Part shown: piece after piece, positions 36,663 through 46,752 of the stretch
Position numbering within the stretch: position 1 is the stretch's first letter
Layout of the letters: each line of letters begins with the position of its first letter
NCBI GenBank assembly: GCA_037917675.1
Contig: JAVCBW010000013.1
Span: forward strand, 1-64,000
Direction of reading: 5' to 3'
Length of the DNA: 64,000 bases
Origin: Thermoproteota archaeon
GTDB taxonomy: Archaea; Korarchaeota; Korarchaeia; B14-G2
Notes under the pieces: model-generated
The model's input: the letters and a program-made list of their open reading frames with translations, nothing else
Told to the model about the DNA's origin: nothing
Databases searched by the model: none
Position numbers and translations under genes: made by a program

Positions 36663-38382
36663 GAAGATGATACGGAGGCTTGCAGCAGAATCCGGGAAAT
36701 CTGAGGATGAGGTGCGTAAGCTCTTTGAGAAGACTCTAGAAGAATACGAAGACACCTTAAATGAGGAAGGCGTGTTTTTCCTAGTAGCTAGAGAGCTTGG
36801 CCTCTCTCCATCATATGAAACCTCTACAGGAGAAGCTATTCTCAAGCTCACAATGCTCATACCAGGACTGAAGAACATAACAACAGCAGGAAAGGTTGTG
36901 AGAGTAATCCCTGCAACCACATTCACGAGGAAAGATGGGTCGACCGGGAAGAGAGCAGAGCTTCTCGTAGCTGATGAAACCGCTAGGAGACGTGTTATAC
37001 TATGGGGAGGGACTGCAGACCTAGTTAGCGAGGGTATAATATCCATAGGTGATGTGATAAAAATCAGGGGGGCAAGAGTTAGGCGAGGGCTAGATGGGTC
37101 TCCTGAGATACACGTCGATCGGTCATCGATAGTAGAGCCTCTTTCTGAAGATGAGTTAAAGGCCGACTTGGCGTCCTTAAAGGCTATAAGGCCAGACGAA
37201 AACTTCTATCCGCTGTCTGATCTTGAAGAAGGCATGACAGATGTAGACACACAAGCAGTTGTGCTCTCTATATCCCCCCCAAGAGAGTTTACGCGGCCAG
37301 ATGGCAGAACTGGGAGGGTAGGATGGGCTATAGTTGGAGATGCAGGTGAGACTGTAAGAGCAGTCTTCTGGGATTCCTCAGTCAGGTTCCTAGAGGACTT
37401 ATCTCCAAGGGACGTTGTGAAGCTGCTAGGTGTAAAGGTGAGGCAGGCAGTAGATGGTAGTAAAGAGCTTCACTTAGGCTCAAGGTCTAGTGTAGTTATA
37501 GTAGGCAGGGAGGAGGCAGCCCAGATTTCAAGGGATTATAGGATAGCAGACCTCGCACCCGGGTTAATCGGCGTGAATATAACCTGCAGGCTAATACACG
37601 TATTTGACACAAGGGCCTTTCGTAGAGCAGATGGGACTCTATCCTATGTTGGTGACATAATAGTTGAGGATGGCACAGGTATGATTCGTGTGGTAGTATG
37701 GGGTGAGAATGCCAGAAAAATACAGATGATCCCCCCCTCCTCAACCATAAAGATCTTAAACGCATATACCAGAGAGGACTCTCGTGGCATATATTTGCAG
37801 CTAAGCGATTCTGGCGACATAGAGGTTGTATCAGAGGAGCTGACACCAATACCCCAAAGCATGCTCGAGAAAGCTATACAGCTAAAGTATCCTACGAGAT
37901 CAATATCACAGCTTGCCGAAGGCTTTTATCAGATCAGGGGGACGATAATCAAGGCTTCAGACTCTGTCAGCATAGTACATCTATGCACTAACTGCGGGCA
38001 GAAGCTGGCAGTAGAGTATGGAGAGCTCAGATGTCAGATATGCGGGCTGAGGGAAGACTCTGACATACTTCTGGTGCTTCCAATAGTAATAGATGATGGT
38101 ACAGGAAGAGCAAGAGTTCTGCTCTACAGGAAGCAAGTGGAGAAGCTCCTTGGCTTATCAAAGGAAGAGATATTAAGTAAACTAGAAGAGTATGGGCTTC
38201 CTCCTGACGCATTTCCAGTAGAGCTCTCGGGAAGGCAGCTTCTTGGCAAAGAAATCGTGGTTAGAGGCCTCGTTAAACAAGACATAGAGTCAGGTGAAAT
38301 AGTAGTTCGCTGTGATGAGGTAGAGGAAGCAGACATAAAGGAGGAATGCGAAAGAATTCTGAGTGAACTAGGCAGCCTCTAA
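36652..38382 (+). CDS. rpa: Replication protein A (multi-OB fold with Zn finger)
   Basis: Three repeats of F.R.DG..G.....D.TG..R...W, plus CTNC..CQIC and DDGTG. Confidence 0.85.
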   Translation: MDIEKMIRRLAAESGKSEDEVRKLFEKTLEEYEDTLNEEGVFFLVARELGLSPSYETSTGEAILKLTMLIPGLKNITTAGKVVRVIPATTFTRKDGSTGKRAELLVADETARRRVILWGGTADLVSEGIISIGDVIKIRGARVRRGLDGSPEIHVDRSSIVEPLSEDELKADLASLKAIRPDENFYPLSDLEEGMTDVDTQAVVLSISPPREFTRPDGRTGRVGWAIVGDAGETVRAVFWDSSVRFLEDLSPRDVVKLLGVKVRQAVDGSKELHLGSRSSVVIVGREEAAQISRDYRIADLAPGLIGVNITCRLIHVFDTRAFRRADGTLSYVGDIIVEDGTGMIRVVVWGENARKIQMIPPSSTIKILNAYTREDSRGIYLQLSDSGDIEVVSEELTPIPQSMLEKAIQLKYPTRSISQLAEGFYQIRGTIIKASDSVSIVHLCTNCGQKLAVEYGELRCQICGLREDSDILLVLPIVIDDGTGRARVLLYRKQVEKLLGLSKEEILSKLEEYGLPPDAFPVELSGRQLLGKEIVVRGLVKQDIESGEIVVRCDEVEEADIKEECERILSELGSL

Positions 38383-38453
38383 ATTTCATAAGCTACAAGA
38401 TACATTGAACCTTTTCCACTCAGCTTATAAGGCTCTAGCACCATCATGATCTC

Positions 38454-39146
38454 ATGCCTCTAGGTGGGGATAAAGTCTTAGTAAAGACGATAGATGATCC
38501 TGAGCTGACGAGCATAGCTCAGATACTTTCAAACTCCACTGCTAGAAGGATAATTAAGCAGTTAACCAAGGAAATCAGCCCTTCTGAGATATCCAGGAGA
38601 GAAAAGCTTCCCTTGTCCACAGTATCATTTCACATAGAGAGGATGGTTGAGGCTGGCTTAGTTGAGAAAACAAGGTCTATAGCTGGAGAGAGGGGAAGGA
38701 AGAAACTATATAGGCTTAAGTTTCCATCAATGTTAGTGCTTCTCTCCCCAAATGTACAGTTGACTAAGTCGAGAGTATATACACCTTTCCTACTTAGTAT
38801 CAGAGAGATAGCTCTAGTAGTCTTAGTTGCTAGCATAGCAGCTCCCATTTTAGCTGGGCTAATAGCTCCTCTCTATCAGTCTGCAGTCCCGCCAGCTCCC
38901 CTAAAGCCTGCAGCTGAAAGGAGTGCTCAGGAATCACCTGAGGCTTACACTAGCCCCTCAGCCAATGTCACCTTACAGCCATTGCCCTTACAGCCAAAGC
39001 CCTTCTCCAGCCCTAGCCCATCATCGGAGTACAGCCCAGTATCTCAAGCTAAGTTGATAGCTATATGTGCACTGGCTTTCATTGTTGTCTCTCTCTTCAT
39101 AGTTATGGGGATCATTCTAGTAAAGAAGCTTGCTAGCAAGACCTAG
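38454..39146 (+). CDS. ArsR-type HTH regulator with TM helices and Pro/Ser-rich linker
   Basis: SPSEISRREKLPLSTVSFHIERMVEAGLV, followed by two hydrophobic segments. Confidence 0.75.
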   Translation: MPLGGDKVLVKTIDDPELTSIAQILSNSTARRIIKQLTKEISPSEISRREKLPLSTVSFHIERMVEAGLVEKTRSIAGERGRKKLYRLKFPSMLVLLSPNVQLTKSRVYTPFLLSIREIALVVLVASIAAPILAGLIAPLYQSAVPPAPLKPAAERSAQESPEAYTSPSANVTLQPLPLQPKPFSSPSPSSEYSPVSQAKLIAICALAFIVVSLFIVMGIILVKKLASKT

Positions 39147-39176
39147 CATGATGATAAAAGTAGGGTATGTGCTACA

Positions 39177-42146
39177 CTATACCTTCTGTACTCCAATGAC
39201 TACTCTTACACCTAAGTACTCGAATGCCACTTTCTTTAACTCCTCTCCTGGCTCCTCTATACTAACTGACACTGCATTCACTAGCCTCATAAGCTCTTCC
39301 AACCTAGCTTTCACAATTTCCAGATAGTTCTTGTCTTCACTCCATACTGACACTCTTATACTCTCAATCCCACGCCTGAGCCTCATGCTCTTCCGTATAC
39401 TCTGAAGCCTCCTCACAGTCTCTCTAAAGAGTCCCTCCTCTATCTCTCTCCTCCCTAACCTGGTTTTCACGTATACCTTCCCATGTGAGAATTCCGCCAT
39501 AGTATAGCCTGTGCTAATAGCTATCGGCGGCTCTTCTAGAACTCGTAGTGTAAAGCAGTTTACCTCTCTTTTAACGATATCTCTCAGTTTCTCAACAGCT
39601 TCCTTGACAGACTTGTCTTCAGTCACCACGATGACCTCTCCAACAGGCTGCCTCAGCTTCAGCTTAGCTTCCATCCTCGCTGCTGCTGTGGCTGCAATGA
39701 CCTCTCTACAAACTTCCATCTGTCTTTCAAGCTCCAAGTCAATGTAGCCCTCAGGCTCAGGCCATGCTTCAAAACACACGCTTCTCAAGCCATTTCCCTC
39801 AATCCTTCTAACTATCCTCTGGTATGATATCTCAGCAAAGTGTGGCACAAATGGTGCTAGCATTATTGATAAGCTCTTAAGCACCTTATAGAGCACCTTA
39901 AGTGCCGTAGTAGCATCGTCTTCCTCCTCCCATATCCTCCTCCTGATCAGCCTTATGTAGAAGTGACTTACATCTTCTATTGCAAAACTGATGAGCTGTC
40001 TAAGTGCGCTATGGATCTGATACTCATTCATTTGCTCTGTGACGCTTGAAATCGTGCTGTTAAGCTTAGAGAGCATCCACTTATCCTCACTCTTCGTGGG
40101 TCTAGGTTCCTGTATAAGCTCATCTGTAGAGATCTTATCTTTAAGAGCTTCTATAGCCGTCAGGAGGAAGGTATACATGTTCCATATCACATTGAGGTCT
40201 TTCTTGGCATCATCTAGCTTATCCCATATGAACCTAAGATTGCTCCATGTTGTGTTCTGGAGCACGAATAGCCTGAACGGATCTCTTCCAACTTCCTTTA
40301 CTATCTCAGCAACTTCAACAAAGTTTCCAAGCGACTTATGCATTTCTCTTCCCTTCTCATCTAGCATAAAGCCATGTGCTAGCACAGCTCGATATGGTGG
40401 CTCTCCAAATACCATTACTGATATCCTGAGTAGTGAATAGAACCATCCTCTAAACTGGTCATGCCCCTCTATAACGAGGTCAGCAGGCCACCACTTCTCA
40501 AACTCACTTTTCGCTGTCGGATATCCTAGGGATGCAAATGAGGCTGCTCCAGAGTCAAACCACACATCTAGGACATCTGATACTCTTCTTACATCTCCTC
40601 CACATCTCGGACACTTATACATGACTCTATCTATCCATGGCCTATGTAAGCTAGGCAAGTTGAGCTTCTCACCCACTTTCTCCTCAAGCTCCTTTCTTGA
40701 ACCAATAACCTCCCAGTACCCACAGCTAACACACCTCCAGACTGGTAGTGGTGTCCCCCAGAACCTCTGTCTTGATATTACCCAGTCCCTGATGTTCTCT
40801 AGCATGTTTAGCATGCTCTTACTCCATCCCCATCTCGGAACCCATTTGACACTTTCACCAGCCTTCTTGAGCTTTTCAGCTATCTTAGTCATCTTTATGT
40901 ACCATTGCCTTGTAGCTCTCAGGATTAAATCACTTTTACACCTCCAGCATACCGGATACTTATGCACTATCGTTCCTCTAGCGAGCAGCAGCCCTTTCTT
41001 TTCTAAATCACTTACTATCTCATGTGATGCTTCCCATATGCTTCTTCCAGCATACTTCCCCGCCTTCTCAGTGAAAAATCCCCTGTCGTCGACAAGCATG
41101 AGAATCGGCATCCCATACCTAAGGTGAGCAATTTCAAAGTCTTCCTCTCCATGTCCTGGTGCACTATGCACGCATCCACTTCCCTCTTCCATACTCACAT
41201 ACTCTCTGCTCAAGACCACCTTATGGGCGCCTGTTATCTCCCTCTGAGACTCTACTTCATCGAGTAATGGCGGTCTATACTCCAAGCTCTCCAGTTTTCT
41301 TCCAGGGAACTCCTCGATGACCTCTAACGTTGCCCCTAATAGCAGTTCTATCGCATTCAACCTCTTTTTTGCGAGTATTAGAACACTATCCCTGTACCTA
41401 GCCCTGACATATGTTTCATCTGGATGTACCATTACAGCTACATTGGCTGGGAGAGTCCATGGTGTTGTTGTCCAGATTACTATATACTCCCTCCTCTGAC
41501 CTACTATTGGAAACTTAACGTAGATGGAGTAGTCTTCTTTATCCCTGTACTCTGAGACTTCATAGTCAGCTAAAGCTGTCTCACAGCGTGGACACCAGTG
41601 TACAACCTTTACACCCTCTTCTAACAGCCCCTGCTTAGCAGCACTCTTTATTGCATACCACTCTGCTTCGATGAATTCATCATTTAACGTCATATATGGC
41701 CTCTCCCAGTCCATTGAGACCCCTAGCATCTTAAACTGAGCTGTCATGCTCTTAACATTCTCATATACCATCCTCCAGCATTCCTCGATGAATCTATCCA
41801 TTCCAAAGTCTCTGATGTCTTTTTTCGTCTTGAAACCGAGCTTCCTCTCAACAGCAACTTCTATGGGGAGCCCATGGCAGTCCCAGCCAGGCTGATCTCT
41901 CACCAGATATCCTCTAGCTCTCATGTATCTTATCACAGTATCCTTTAACACTTTGTTCCATGCTGTACCTGGATGTGGAGAGCCACTGGATGGATAAGGT
42001 GGCCCATCTAGAAAATAAAACTTCTTACCCTCCCTATCCCTCAGCTTCTCGTATACCTTTAGCTCTCTCCAAATTCTCTGAGCCTCTTCCTCTACAGCAT
42101 GTGGGCTATAAAATTTCATTCTTTCAATCTCACTCAAACCAACCAC
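39177..42146 (-). CDS. ileS: Isoleucyl-tRNA synthetase
   Basis: DGPPY, PGWDCHGLPIE, WTTTPWTLP, DWVISRQRFWG, DQFRGWF, EMHKSLGN. Confidence 0.96.
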   Translation of the reverse strand: MVGLSEIERMKFYSPHAVEEEAQRIWRELKVYEKLRDREGKKFYFLDGPPYPSSGSPHPGTAWNKVLKDTVIRYMRARGYLVRDQPGWDCHGLPIEVAVERKLGFKTKKDIRDFGMDRFIEECWRMVYENVKSMTAQFKMLGVSMDWERPYMTLNDEFIEAEWYAIKSAAKQGLLEEGVKVVHWCPRCETALADYEVSEYRDKEDYSIYVKFPIVGQRREYIVIWTTTPWTLPANVAVMVHPDETYVRARYRDSVLILAKKRLNAIELLLGATLEVIEEFPGRKLESLEYRPPLLDEVESQREITGAHKVVLSREYVSMEEGSGCVHSAPGHGEEDFEIAHLRYGMPILMLVDDRGFFTEKAGKYAGRSIWEASHEIVSDLEKKGLLLARGTIVHKYPVCWRCKSDLILRATRQWYIKMTKIAEKLKKAGESVKWVPRWGWSKSMLNMLENIRDWVISRQRFWGTPLPVWRCVSCGYWEVIGSRKELEEKVGEKLNLPSLHRPWIDRVMYKCPRCGGDVRRVSDVLDVWFDSGAASFASLGYPTAKSEFEKWWPADLVIEGHDQFRGWFYSLLRISVMVFGEPPYRAVLAHGFMLDEKGREMHKSLGNFVEVAEIVKEVGRDPFRLFVLQNTTWSNLRFIWDKLDDAKKDLNVIWNMYTFLLTAIEALKDKISTDELIQEPRPTKSEDKWMLSKLNSTISSVTEQMNEYQIHSALRQLISFAIEDVSHFYIRLIRRRIWEEEDDATTALKVLYKVLKSLSIMLAPFVPHFAEISYQRIVRRIEGNGLRSVCFEAWPEPEGYIDLELERQMEVCREVIAATAAARMEAKLKLRQPVGEVIVVTEDKSVKEAVEKLRDIVKREVNCFTLRVLEEPPIAISTGYTMAEFSHGKVYVKTRLGRREIEEGLFRETVRRLQSIRKSMRLRRGIESIRVSVWSEDKNYLEIVKARLEELMRLVNAVSVSIEEPGEELKKVAFEYLGVRVVIGVQKV

Positions 42147-42303
42147 CTCTCAACAGGGAATGGTAGTGTCGTCTCCATGAGCTCCTGTAAAAGAAGGCAC
42201 TTGCTACTGAAGCTAGATTTTCCGCTCCCTCACAAAACCCCCAACTAGCCCAGCTTGCTATGAGCTTTTAAAGTTAGCCTATGTTCCTAACTACAGTGGT
42301 AGC

Positions 42304-43215
42304 ATGGTCGATTACATAATCGGCGCCGAATCAGATGAGCTTACCGAGAACTTATCACGGCTATGTGAGGTTGAAGCTAAATGGGTTAAAATCAGAGTTT
42401 TTCCTGACTCAGAAATATGCCCTAGAATTCTAAGCCTAGAAGGGCTCAAAGGAGCTTCTGTAGCAGTAGTCTTTAGAGCTGAGAGTGGGAGGATAGCTCC
42501 ATCAAGATATCTCACACTGTACTATCTGACAGCAATGAACCTTAAGGAACATGGTGTCAGTGAGATTACCGCTATAATCCCATATCTACCATATTGCAGG
42601 CAGGACAAGAGGTTTCTCCCTGGTGAGCCTATTTCACTCAACTATGTAGCTCGACTACTAGAAGCTTCTGGAGTAGACTACGTCATAACAGTCTCATCGC
42701 ATGTAAGGGGAACAAAATCTCCTCTCCAAACATACTTCTCGATTCCAACGTTAGATTTAGATGGGTTTAAGCCGCTATCAGAGTATCTGGTTAAATTGGG
42801 CCGCGACTACAGCCGAACGGTAGTCATAGCGCCAGATAGGAAGTCTCTAAAGTGGGCTGAAGAGGTGGAGAAAGAAATAGGTGCATCTAAATCAATATGC
42901 ATTGAGAAGACTAGGGACTTGGTGACTGGTGAGCTTCACATAGAGGCTCCCGAAGAGGATCTCAAGGGACTCGATGTCCTCATAGTAGATGATATAGCAT
43001 CTACCGGAGGGACTTTAGTGAGAGCTGCAGGTTATGCTCGCTCTCAGGGGGCAATCAGGGTATCTCTGAGCTTTGTTCATCCTGTCTTAGTTAAAGGAGC
43101 GCTAGAGAAGCTCACAAGAGCATCCGATGAGATCATAGCAACTGATACTATAAAATCTGAGGTCAGTAAGGCTTCTGTTGCAAAACTTATTGCAAGCGCT
43201 CTTTCAAAGATATAG
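42304..43215 (+). CDS. prs: Ribose-phosphate pyrophosphokinase
   Basis: FPDSE, PYLPYCRQDKRF, IVDDIASTGGTL. Confidence 0.9.
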   Translation: MVDYIIGAESDELTENLSRLCEVEAKWVKIRVFPDSEICPRILSLEGLKGASVAVVFRAESGRIAPSRYLTLYYLTAMNLKEHGVSEITAIIPYLPYCRQDKRFLPGEPISLNYVARLLEASGVDYVITVSSHVRGTKSPLQTYFSIPTLDLDGFKPLSEYLVKLGRDYSRTVVIAPDRKSLKWAEEVEKEIGASKSICIEKTRDLVTGELHIEAPEEDLKGLDVLIVDDIASTGGTLVRAAGYARSQGAIRVSLSFVHPVLVKGALEKLTRASDEIIATDTIKSEVSKASVAKLIASALSKI

Positions 43216-43774
43216 CTGCTATCAGCTGCTCTCTTAAATTCTCTAAAGTCCCATCATTTACTATTAGAATATCTGCTGCTGCAATGACGTCTCCAAGATG
43301 AAACTTCACAAGCTCTTCTAGATCACTCTTGAGAAAGTCAGTGAAGCTGCCTACCCCTATATCCTTTAGGCTTTCCCTAAGCTTTAGCCTCTTAAACCTG
43401 ATGCTTCTACTTGCTACAACTCCAATAATGATCCCCTCGCCTTTGAACTCCCTCCAGAAGCATATCGCCTCCTCTATGTTACGAAGTCCATTTATGATGT
43501 ATCCATCCCATCTCTCTCCTTTCTCCTCGTATTCTCTGACAACTTCTATAGCTCTCTTCATGATGGCATCCGGACCTTCCATAATCCTGAGGTATAGCCC
43601 GTACCTCCTTAGATTCTCTCTAGTGGCTTCTACACCCAGTTTTCTGAGCTCTTTAGCTATCAGCTCGCTCATCGTAATTACTCGCATATTAAATGTCTCT
43701 TCTAGTATTCTTGCACACACATCCTTGCCTGAAGCTAGCTGCCCTGTTAGCCCAATGTATCTATATTTCAGCAT
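43187..43774 (-). CDS. P-loop kinase, dephospho-CoA/nucleoside monophosphate kinase-like
   Basis: IGLTGQLASGKD, TRENL, GLRNIEE, IVNDGTLE. Confidence 0.75.
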   Translation of the reverse strand: MLKYRYIGLTGQLASGKDVCARILEETFNMRVITMSELIAKELRKLGVEATRENLRRYGLYLRIMEGPDAIMKRAIEVVREYEEKGERWDGYIINGLRNIEEAICFWREFKGEGIIIGVVASRSIRFKRLKLRESLKDIGVGSFTDFLKSDLEELVKFHLGDVIAAADILIVNDGTLENLREQLIAAISLKERLQ

Positions 43775-43780
43775 GCTTCT

Positions 43781-44179
43781 CTAACTGCCTTTCTTCACCC
43801 TTATTCTATAGTATCCTCCTGTCCTCTCAAGTTCGATCTTGCCTTCCTCTCTCAGCTTTACTAAGATGGCATTAGCTACCTTCCTGCTCACATTGAGAAT
43901 ATTCGCTACGTGCTGTGATGTTTTCCCATCGAACTCATATAACTTCTCCTCTACAGCCTTCTTCTGCTCCTCAGTGAAGCTTGGGGTTATAGGTTTAACT
44001 CTTCTCCTTTTCCTCCTTTTTCTGACAGGTTTTCTGGCTGGTGAGATTTCAGGCCTCATTATATCCTCTATCTTTTCTTCTATTCTATCGACTTTCACCT
44101 CTAATCTGCTCAACCTCTTCAGTATGTCTATTATCTGAGTCTCTATCAAAATTTTCCTTTCTTCACCCAAAACCAACAC
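43781..44179 (-). CDS. Small basic protein: coiled coil, Arg/Lys linker, winged HTH
   Basis: TSQHVANILNVSRKVANAILVKLREEGKI. Confidence 0.7.
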   Translation of the reverse strand: MLVLGEERKILIETQIIDILKRLSRLEVKVDRIEEKIEDIMRPEISPARKPVRKRRKRRRVKPITPSFTEEQKKAVEEKLYEFDGKTSQHVANILNVSRKVANAILVKLREEGKIELERTGGYYRIRVKKGS

Positions 44180-44371
44180 CTTATACTGCTAACCTCTAGC
44201 CAAGATATGTTACTATCACTTTATAACCATTACGTCATGTCTAGCTTCGTCATGCTGGCTGCCTCATCTTAGAACACACTTCTCACTTAGAGCAGCTATT
44301 AAGATTTTGTTTTCACCATAGTTCTGTTTGTTCGCCTCTATTTACGCCAATAGCAAGCTCTATATTTATTT

Positions 44372-44929
44372 CTATAGATTTTTGATAAAAATATCTCTGT
44401 ATATCGGCCCCTTGTGTGTCAGCTTACTTTCTTTGAGCTTAACCTGCTCAACAAGTTGTTCCCCAAAGCTCTTCTCTTTGTTCCTCTTGCATACTTCTGA
44501 TAGCATACTCGTTTTCCTTTTTACTCTGCATACTGTAAGGTGTGGTATAAACTCCTTCCTATCTCTTGCGTATTTCCCGAGCCTACTGACGAGATACCTA
44601 TTCACCTCGATGAGCTTTTCTCTCCCACCAACTACATCAATCCAAATGACTCTCGGATTAGATATGCTTGGAAAAGCTCCAACTTTCCTTAACTCTATCT
44701 TAAAGGGTTCTATTATCATCTCCTCAAGGGCCTTCTTGGCTTCCTCAACAATAGGCTCATGTACCTCTCCAAGAAACAGCAGTGTAATATGCAAGTTTTC
44801 TCTCTCAACACTCTTGACCATAGCTCCAGAAGATGCTATTTCGCTCTGAAACTCCTCTATCTCTCTAATAACAGATTCCTCTGTGACGTCGACAGCTATA
44901 AAGCACCTCATGGCTTCCCACCTAGACAC
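44372..44929 (-). CDS. thpR: RNA 2',3'-cyclic phosphodiesterase (2H family)
   Basis: MRCFIAVD, NLHITL, PHLTV, KGPIY. Confidence 0.92.
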   Translation of the reverse strand: MSRWEAMRCFIAVDVTEESVIREIEEFQSEIASSGAMVKSVERENLHITLLFLGEVHEPIVEEAKKALEEMIIEPFKIELRKVGAFPSISNPRVIWIDVVGGREKLIEVNRYLVSRLGKYARDRKEFIPHLTVCRVKRKTSMLSEVCKRNKEKSFGEQLVEQVKLKESKLTHKGPIYRDIFIKNL

Positions 44930-45582
44930 CAGCTTCCTGCTATCAGCTTAGCTATCGGCTGGATAGCCCACTTAAAGTTAGCTTCAATGACAACTACATC
45001 TGCTCCATGTCTCAAGTAAAACATGGCTAAAGCTGCTTGCTTCGCCATATCATATTCACTTGCTGTGTCCTTTACGTGTGCAGCTGGGAAGGATACTCTC
45101 AGACCTAGCCCTCTTGCTGCAGCCTCCCTTATAAGAGAGGCAGCTTTTAGAGGGCATTGGTCTTTTGATGCTACAGCAGGACTTATACCTGCTGCCTGTA
45201 TCACTTTAACCTGCTCCATAATTTCTTGTAATGTGTTCCCTGCAGCAGTAACATACAGGCTTATGCCACCTGCCTTAATGCTAAGCTCCTTAGCTGAGCT
45301 AGCAGGTACACCACAGAATACAAGCTTCCCATTCCAGTCCTCAGATTCTCTGATACAGTTCTCTGCAACCTCTATGCTTTCTGTGAGTACTATTATCATA
45401 CTAGTGTGGCTTAATCCCTCCCTAAAGTGTTCTATGTACATCTCTCTAGTCTCAGTTAACACTTTGATGGCCAACCCAAGCATCTCTCTTTTGACACCTG
45501 CTAGCTTAGCTCTAATGAGCTTATACCTTGTCTCAAGAGGATCCATAAGATCACATGTTGAGATAGCTATCACTTGCATCAC
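44908..45582 (-). CDS. Divergent CdhE/AcsC (CFeSP large subunit) TIM-barrel-only homologue
   Basis: IAISTCDLM, IREAAARG..VSFP, YLRHGADVVVI...WAIQPI align by eye with the CdhE middle domain; no Fe-S Cys cluster or corrinoid domain. Confidence 0.55.
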   Translation of the reverse strand: MMQVIAISTCDLMDPLETRYKLIRAKLAGVKREMLGLAIKVLTETREMYIEHFREGLSHTSMIIVLTESIEVAENCIRESEDWNGKLVFCGVPASSAKELSIKAGGISLYVTAAGNTLQEIMEQVKVIQAAGISPAVASKDQCPLKAASLIREAAARGLGLRVSFPAAHVKDTASEYDMAKQAALAMFYLRHGADVVVIEANFKWAIQPIAKLIAGSWCLGGKP

Positions 45583-46214
45583 TCTCGAGCCTCTGATACT
45601 AGTTTAACATAGTCAGCTAGCTTTCTTCCTGTAGCCTTCCCCTCCTTAAGTAGCTTGATGACTGCATGCGCAAGAGGATGATAGAAAACCACATCTACTT
45701 TATCCTGAAGGAAGTAGCCTCCTATAGCAGCCTCCAGCACAGGCAATATGAATCTGTCTTCTCTATCAGACTTTTCTGAGTGGAGGCCTCTTAAATCAAG
45801 TATCACCCTATCTGCTGTAATACCTATCAATTTCCTGAGATCCTCCATGTCTGTGCTGGCTGAAACCTCAACATAGCATATACTCTGCTTCATCTCAGAT
45901 GATTCCTGCAAAACGACATCTATAGGCAGGCTCTTGGAGACTACGGCCATCGTCTTAAGCTCTTCTCCTATGAAATCTATTTTGGCTTCTTCTGTGAGCT
46001 TTAATACTAGCTTGCTACCCCATCTCTCACAAACTTCACGGAGCTCCTCCAGCTGGCCTCCTGACCAGTGCACTACAACAAACTCAGGTTTAAGCTCCTC
46101 AAGGCACCTTTTCACCCTATCGCTGACATTGAATCCCAAATATGACTGTATAGAGTTAATAGGCTCGCTTACTACAAGCGATGGATGGTATACTCCGAAG
46201 CCTACCCGCATCAA
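45579..46214 (-). CDS. Divergent CdhD/AcsD (CFeSP small subunit) homologue
   Basis: VGFGVY..SEPI, FVVVH, ADRVILD, LEA....VVFYHPLAHAVIK align by eye with CdhD motifs. Confidence 0.5.
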   Translation of the reverse strand: MMRVGFGVYHPSLVVSEPINSIQSYLGFNVSDRVKRCLEELKPEFVVVHWSGGQLEELREVCERWGSKLVLKLTEEAKIDFIGEELKTMAVVSKSLPIDVVLQESSEMKQSICYVEVSASTDMEDLRKLIGITADRVILDLRGLHSEKSDREDRFILPVLEAAIGGYFLQDKVDVVFYHPLAHAVIKLLKEGKATGRKLADYVKLVSEARE

Positions 46215-46263
46215 GTTAAAACCTCACCATTATTATAAAAGACCAGTAGGCCACAGATATAGT

Positions 46264-46752
46264 ATGCTGATTGGAATAATATCTGACTCTCATGACCGCC
46301 TAGAGAATATATCGAAAGCTGTCAGTCTGTTAAATGAGCAAGGTGTAGATATTGTTCTGCATGCTGGCGACATAGTGTCCCCGTTTACAGCACGCGTGTT
46401 CAGTCAGCTGAGATGTAGGATACACTTTGTCTGGGGGAATAACGACGGTGACAAACTAACTTTAGCCAAGGTGTTCAGCGGCATAGCAGCCTTTCATGGG
46501 TGGGTGATGCATGAAGAGCTTGGAGGACTGAGCATTTACATGGCACACCATATAACTGATGACTTAGCTGAGAAGCTGGCTAAAGCAGGCTTTGATCTCA
46601 TCATATCAGGCCATACCCACAATTTGAGCATCAAAAGGTCAGGCCACAGCATGATCATAAATCCAGGCGAGCTCTGTGGGTATCTGACTGGTAAGTCTAC
46701 TATCGTAGTACTGGACTCTTCTACTATGCAAGCTAAGGTAATTGAGCTCTAG
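46264..46752 (+). CDS. Metallophosphoesterase (YfcE/MJ0936 family)
   Basis: IISDSHD, HAGD, GNND, GHTH, INPGE; ATG 46264. Confidence 0.9.
   Translation: MLIGIISDSHDRLENISKAVSLLNEQGVDIVLHAGDIVSPFTARVFSQLRCRIHFVWGNNDGDKLTLAKVFSGIAAFHGWVMHEELGGLSIYMAHHITDDLAEKLAKAGFDLIISGHTHNLSIKRSGHSMIINPGELCGYLTGKSTIVVLDSSTMQAKVIEL

Noticed and set aside
42147-42303. ileS/prs intergenic region as a possible leader RNA
   Set aside because: No convincing C/D boxes, stable hairpin or ORF; compatible with divergent promoters.
44180-44371. 190-bp gap with repeated CATGAC words and ORF 44328..44849 (+)
   Set aside because: No proper C/D spacing or array; the ORF is antisense to thpR.
45934-46263. N-terminal extension of the phosphoesterase ORF
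   Set aside because: Overlaps the CdhD-like gene on the other strand; the family domain begins at ATG 46264 after a TATA-like element.
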